From: an uncultured Gemmatimonadales bacterium
GTDB taxonomy: Bacteria; Gemmatimonadota; Gemmatimonadetes; Gemmatimonadales; GWC2-71-9
Assembly (NCBI GenBank): GCA_963739455.1
Contig: CAVUAK010000001.1
Span: forward strand, 1,856,001-1,920,000
Length of the DNA: 64,000 bases
Direction: 5' to 3'
Both the position numbers and the translations under genes were made by a program. Every line of letters starts with the position of its first letter. Positions within the stretch are counted from its first letter, which is position 1. The notes under the pieces were generated by a model. It worked only from the letters and a program-made list of their open reading frames with translations, did no database searches and was not told the origin of the DNA. Below, one piece after another: positions 58,712 to 64,000 of this stretch.

Positions 58712-59400
58712 TGGCGACCGCCGGCAAGAAGTTCCGCGCCGCGGAAGCCAACGTCGACCGCAACAAGACGTACACCATCCCGGACGCCGCGACCCTGGTC
58801 AAGAAGGCCAGCTTCGCCAAGTTCGACGAGACGGTGGACATCGCGGTCAACCTCGGCGTCGATCCGCGGCATGCCGACCAGGTGGTGCGCGGCACGGTGG
58901 TATTGCCGCACGGCACCGGCAAGTCGGTTCGGGTACTCGTCATCGCCCAGGGCGACCGGGCGAAGGATGCGGAAGCGGCAGGCGCCGATTTCGTCGGCCT
59001 CGAGTACATCCAGAAGATGAAGGAAGGCTGGCTCGAGTGTGACGTGATCGTCGCCACGCCCGATGTCATGGGCCAGCTGGGCGCGCTGGGCCGGATCCTC
59101 GGTCCCCGCGGCCTGATGCCGAACCCGAAGGCCGGTACGGTCACGCTCGATGTCGCGAAGGCGACGCGCGAGATCAAGGCCGGCAAGATCGAGTTCCGGG
59201 TCGACAAGACCGGCAACGTCCACGCCCCGATCGGCAAGGTGTCGTTCGCGGCCGACAAGCTGGCGGAGAACGCGCAGGCGTTCATGGACACCATCCTGCG
59301 CGCGAAGCCCTCGGCTGCCAAGGGGACGTATGTCCGCTCGGCCACACTGTCGAGCACCATGGGCCCGGGCGTGAAGCTCGAGACGGCGGGGTATCGATGA
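58711..59400 (+). CDS. rplA: 50S ribosomal protein L1
   Basis: [36 protein letters not shown]. Confidence 0.98.
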   Translation: MATAGKKFRAAEANVDRNKTYTIPDAATLVKKASFAKFDETVDIAVNLGVDPRHADQVVRGTVVLPHGTGKSVRVLVIAQGDRAKDAEAAGADFVGLEYIQKMKEGWLECDVIVATPDVMGQLGALGRILGPRGLMPNPKAGTVTLDVAKATREIKAGKIEFRVDKTGNVHAPIGKVSFAADKLAENAQAFMDTILRAKPSAAKGTYVRSATLSSTMGPGVKLETAGYR

Positions 59401-59906
59401 GCAGCGGCAAGGATACGCGGCAGGCAGCCGTCGACAAGCTGACCGACCAGGTGAAGGCGGCACAGACGCTCTTCGTCACCGACTTCAGCGGTCTCAGCGT
59501 GCTTCGCATGACCGAGTTCCGCCGTCGCCTCCGGGCGACCGGCGCCAAGTACGTGGTGGTGAAGAACACGCTCGCGCAGCGGGCACTCGCCGCCAACAAG
59601 ATCAGTGCCTTCGATCCGCACCTCACCGGCCCGATCGGCCTGGTGCTGGCGGGCGCCGATCCGCTGCCGTCCGCCAAGGTGGTGGGCGATTTCGCGAAGG
59701 AATTCCAGAAGCCGACCGTCAAGATCGGCCTCATCGAGGGTAAGCCCGTTGAACCCAGCTACGTCAAGCGACTCGGCGAACTGCCGCCGCGCGACGTCCT
59801 GCTGGCCCAGTTCGCTGGATGCCTCAATGGCGTCCTCTACCAGGTGGTTGCTACGCTCGAGGCGTTCCGCGACCAGCGTTTGGCTTCTAACAGTACGGAG
59901 AATTAG
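59397..59906 (+). CDS. rplJ: 50S ribosomal protein L10
   Basis: DFSGLSV, VVKNTL; synteny. Confidence 0.95.
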   Translation: MSSGKDTRQAAVDKLTDQVKAAQTLFVTDFSGLSVLRMTEFRRRLRATGAKYVVVKNTLAQRALAANKISAFDPHLTGPIGLVLAGADPLPSAKVVGDFAKEFQKPTVKIGLIEGKPVEPSYVKRLGELPPRDVLLAQFAGCLNGVLYQVVATLEAFRDQRLASNSTEN

Positions 59907-59909
59907 CAC

Positions 59910-60293
59910 ATGTCGACCTCAACGCTGAGCAACGAAGCAATCATCGACGCCATTGGCGCCAAGTCCGTGGTGGAGCTGGCGGACCTGATCGATGCGTTCA
60001 AGACCAAGTTCAACGTCACCGTGTCGGCGGCTGCGGCCCCGGCGGCGGGCGGCGCGGGCGCGGCGGCAGCCGTGGAAGAGAAGACGGAGTTCGCGGTCGT
60101 CCTCAAGGAGGGCGGCGCCAAGAAGATCCAGGTCATCAAGGTGGTCCGCGAGATCACCAGCCTGGGCCTGAAGGAAGCGAAGGATGCGGTCGACAACACG
60201 CCAAGCACGCTGAAGGAAGGCCTGACCAAGGCCGAGGCGGAAGAAATCAAGAAGAAGCTCGAGGACCAGGGCGCGACCGTCGAGCTGAAGTAG
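59910..60293 (+). CDS. rplL: 50S ribosomal protein L7/L12
   Basis: [26 protein letters not shown]. Confidence 0.98.
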   Translation: MSTSTLSNEAIIDAIGAKSVVELADLIDAFKTKFNVTVSAAAAPAAGGAGAAAAVEEKTEFAVVLKEGGAKKIQVIKVVREITSLGLKEAKDAVDNTPSTLKEGLTKAEAEEIKKKLEDQGATVELK

Positions 60294-60483
60294 CGCGAAG
60301 CGCGGTCCCGACGTCCGGCCGTGTCTGCGGCCGGACGAGGGATTCGGCGACTTCAACCTATTTCAGTGAGACGGCGCATGCGCGAAGCGAAGTTCAGTAC
60401 CTGAATCTGCTGTGCCCCAGGACCCCCCGCCCCCGGCGGGGGTTCGGTGCTGGGGCCCATTGTGTTGTGCCTGAGCGAGCCCT

Positions 60484-64000
<3,517 letters not shown>

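Overview
High-GC bacterial chromosome window; gene content and style suggest Gemmatimonadota, which is inference. It is mostly housekeeping: ligA, thymidine phosphorylase, recF-dciA-gyrB, mtnA-glpK, uvrA, cysS, four tRNAs, and rpmG-secE-nusG-rplKAJL-rpoB, with rpoB running off the window end. Two accessory loci stand out. (1) At 16.5-27.9 kb, a four-gene minus-strand operon encodes a 9-heme lipoprotein, a membrane-anchored 20-heme NapC/NirT-like fusion, a beta-barrel porin and a 16-heme periplasmic cytochrome (about 45 heme motifs in total). It is a candidate trans-envelope electron conduit and is divergent from a variant Ccm maturation operon (CxxxY-type CcmE, CxCGC-type CcmH, two zinc-ribbon proteins). 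(2) At 49.5-53.0 kb, a tightly coupled tandem array of seven small membrane paralogs sharing the motif ELxERxDF[AT]ER[LM]L (PspB-like) sits directly upstream of a YbjN/CesT-like gene and pspA, behind an ECF-sigma-like promoter. It is a candidate unusual phage-shock/envelope-stress system. Also present: a 2857-aa cyclic beta-1,2-glucan synthase, an ABC operon with two apparent pseudo-enzymes, and an RpoB with Asn at the rifampicin-contact His526 position. About a dozen genes, including essential ones, carry single-base frameshifts best explained as long-read sequencing errors. No CRISPR array, rRNA or mobile element was recognised.
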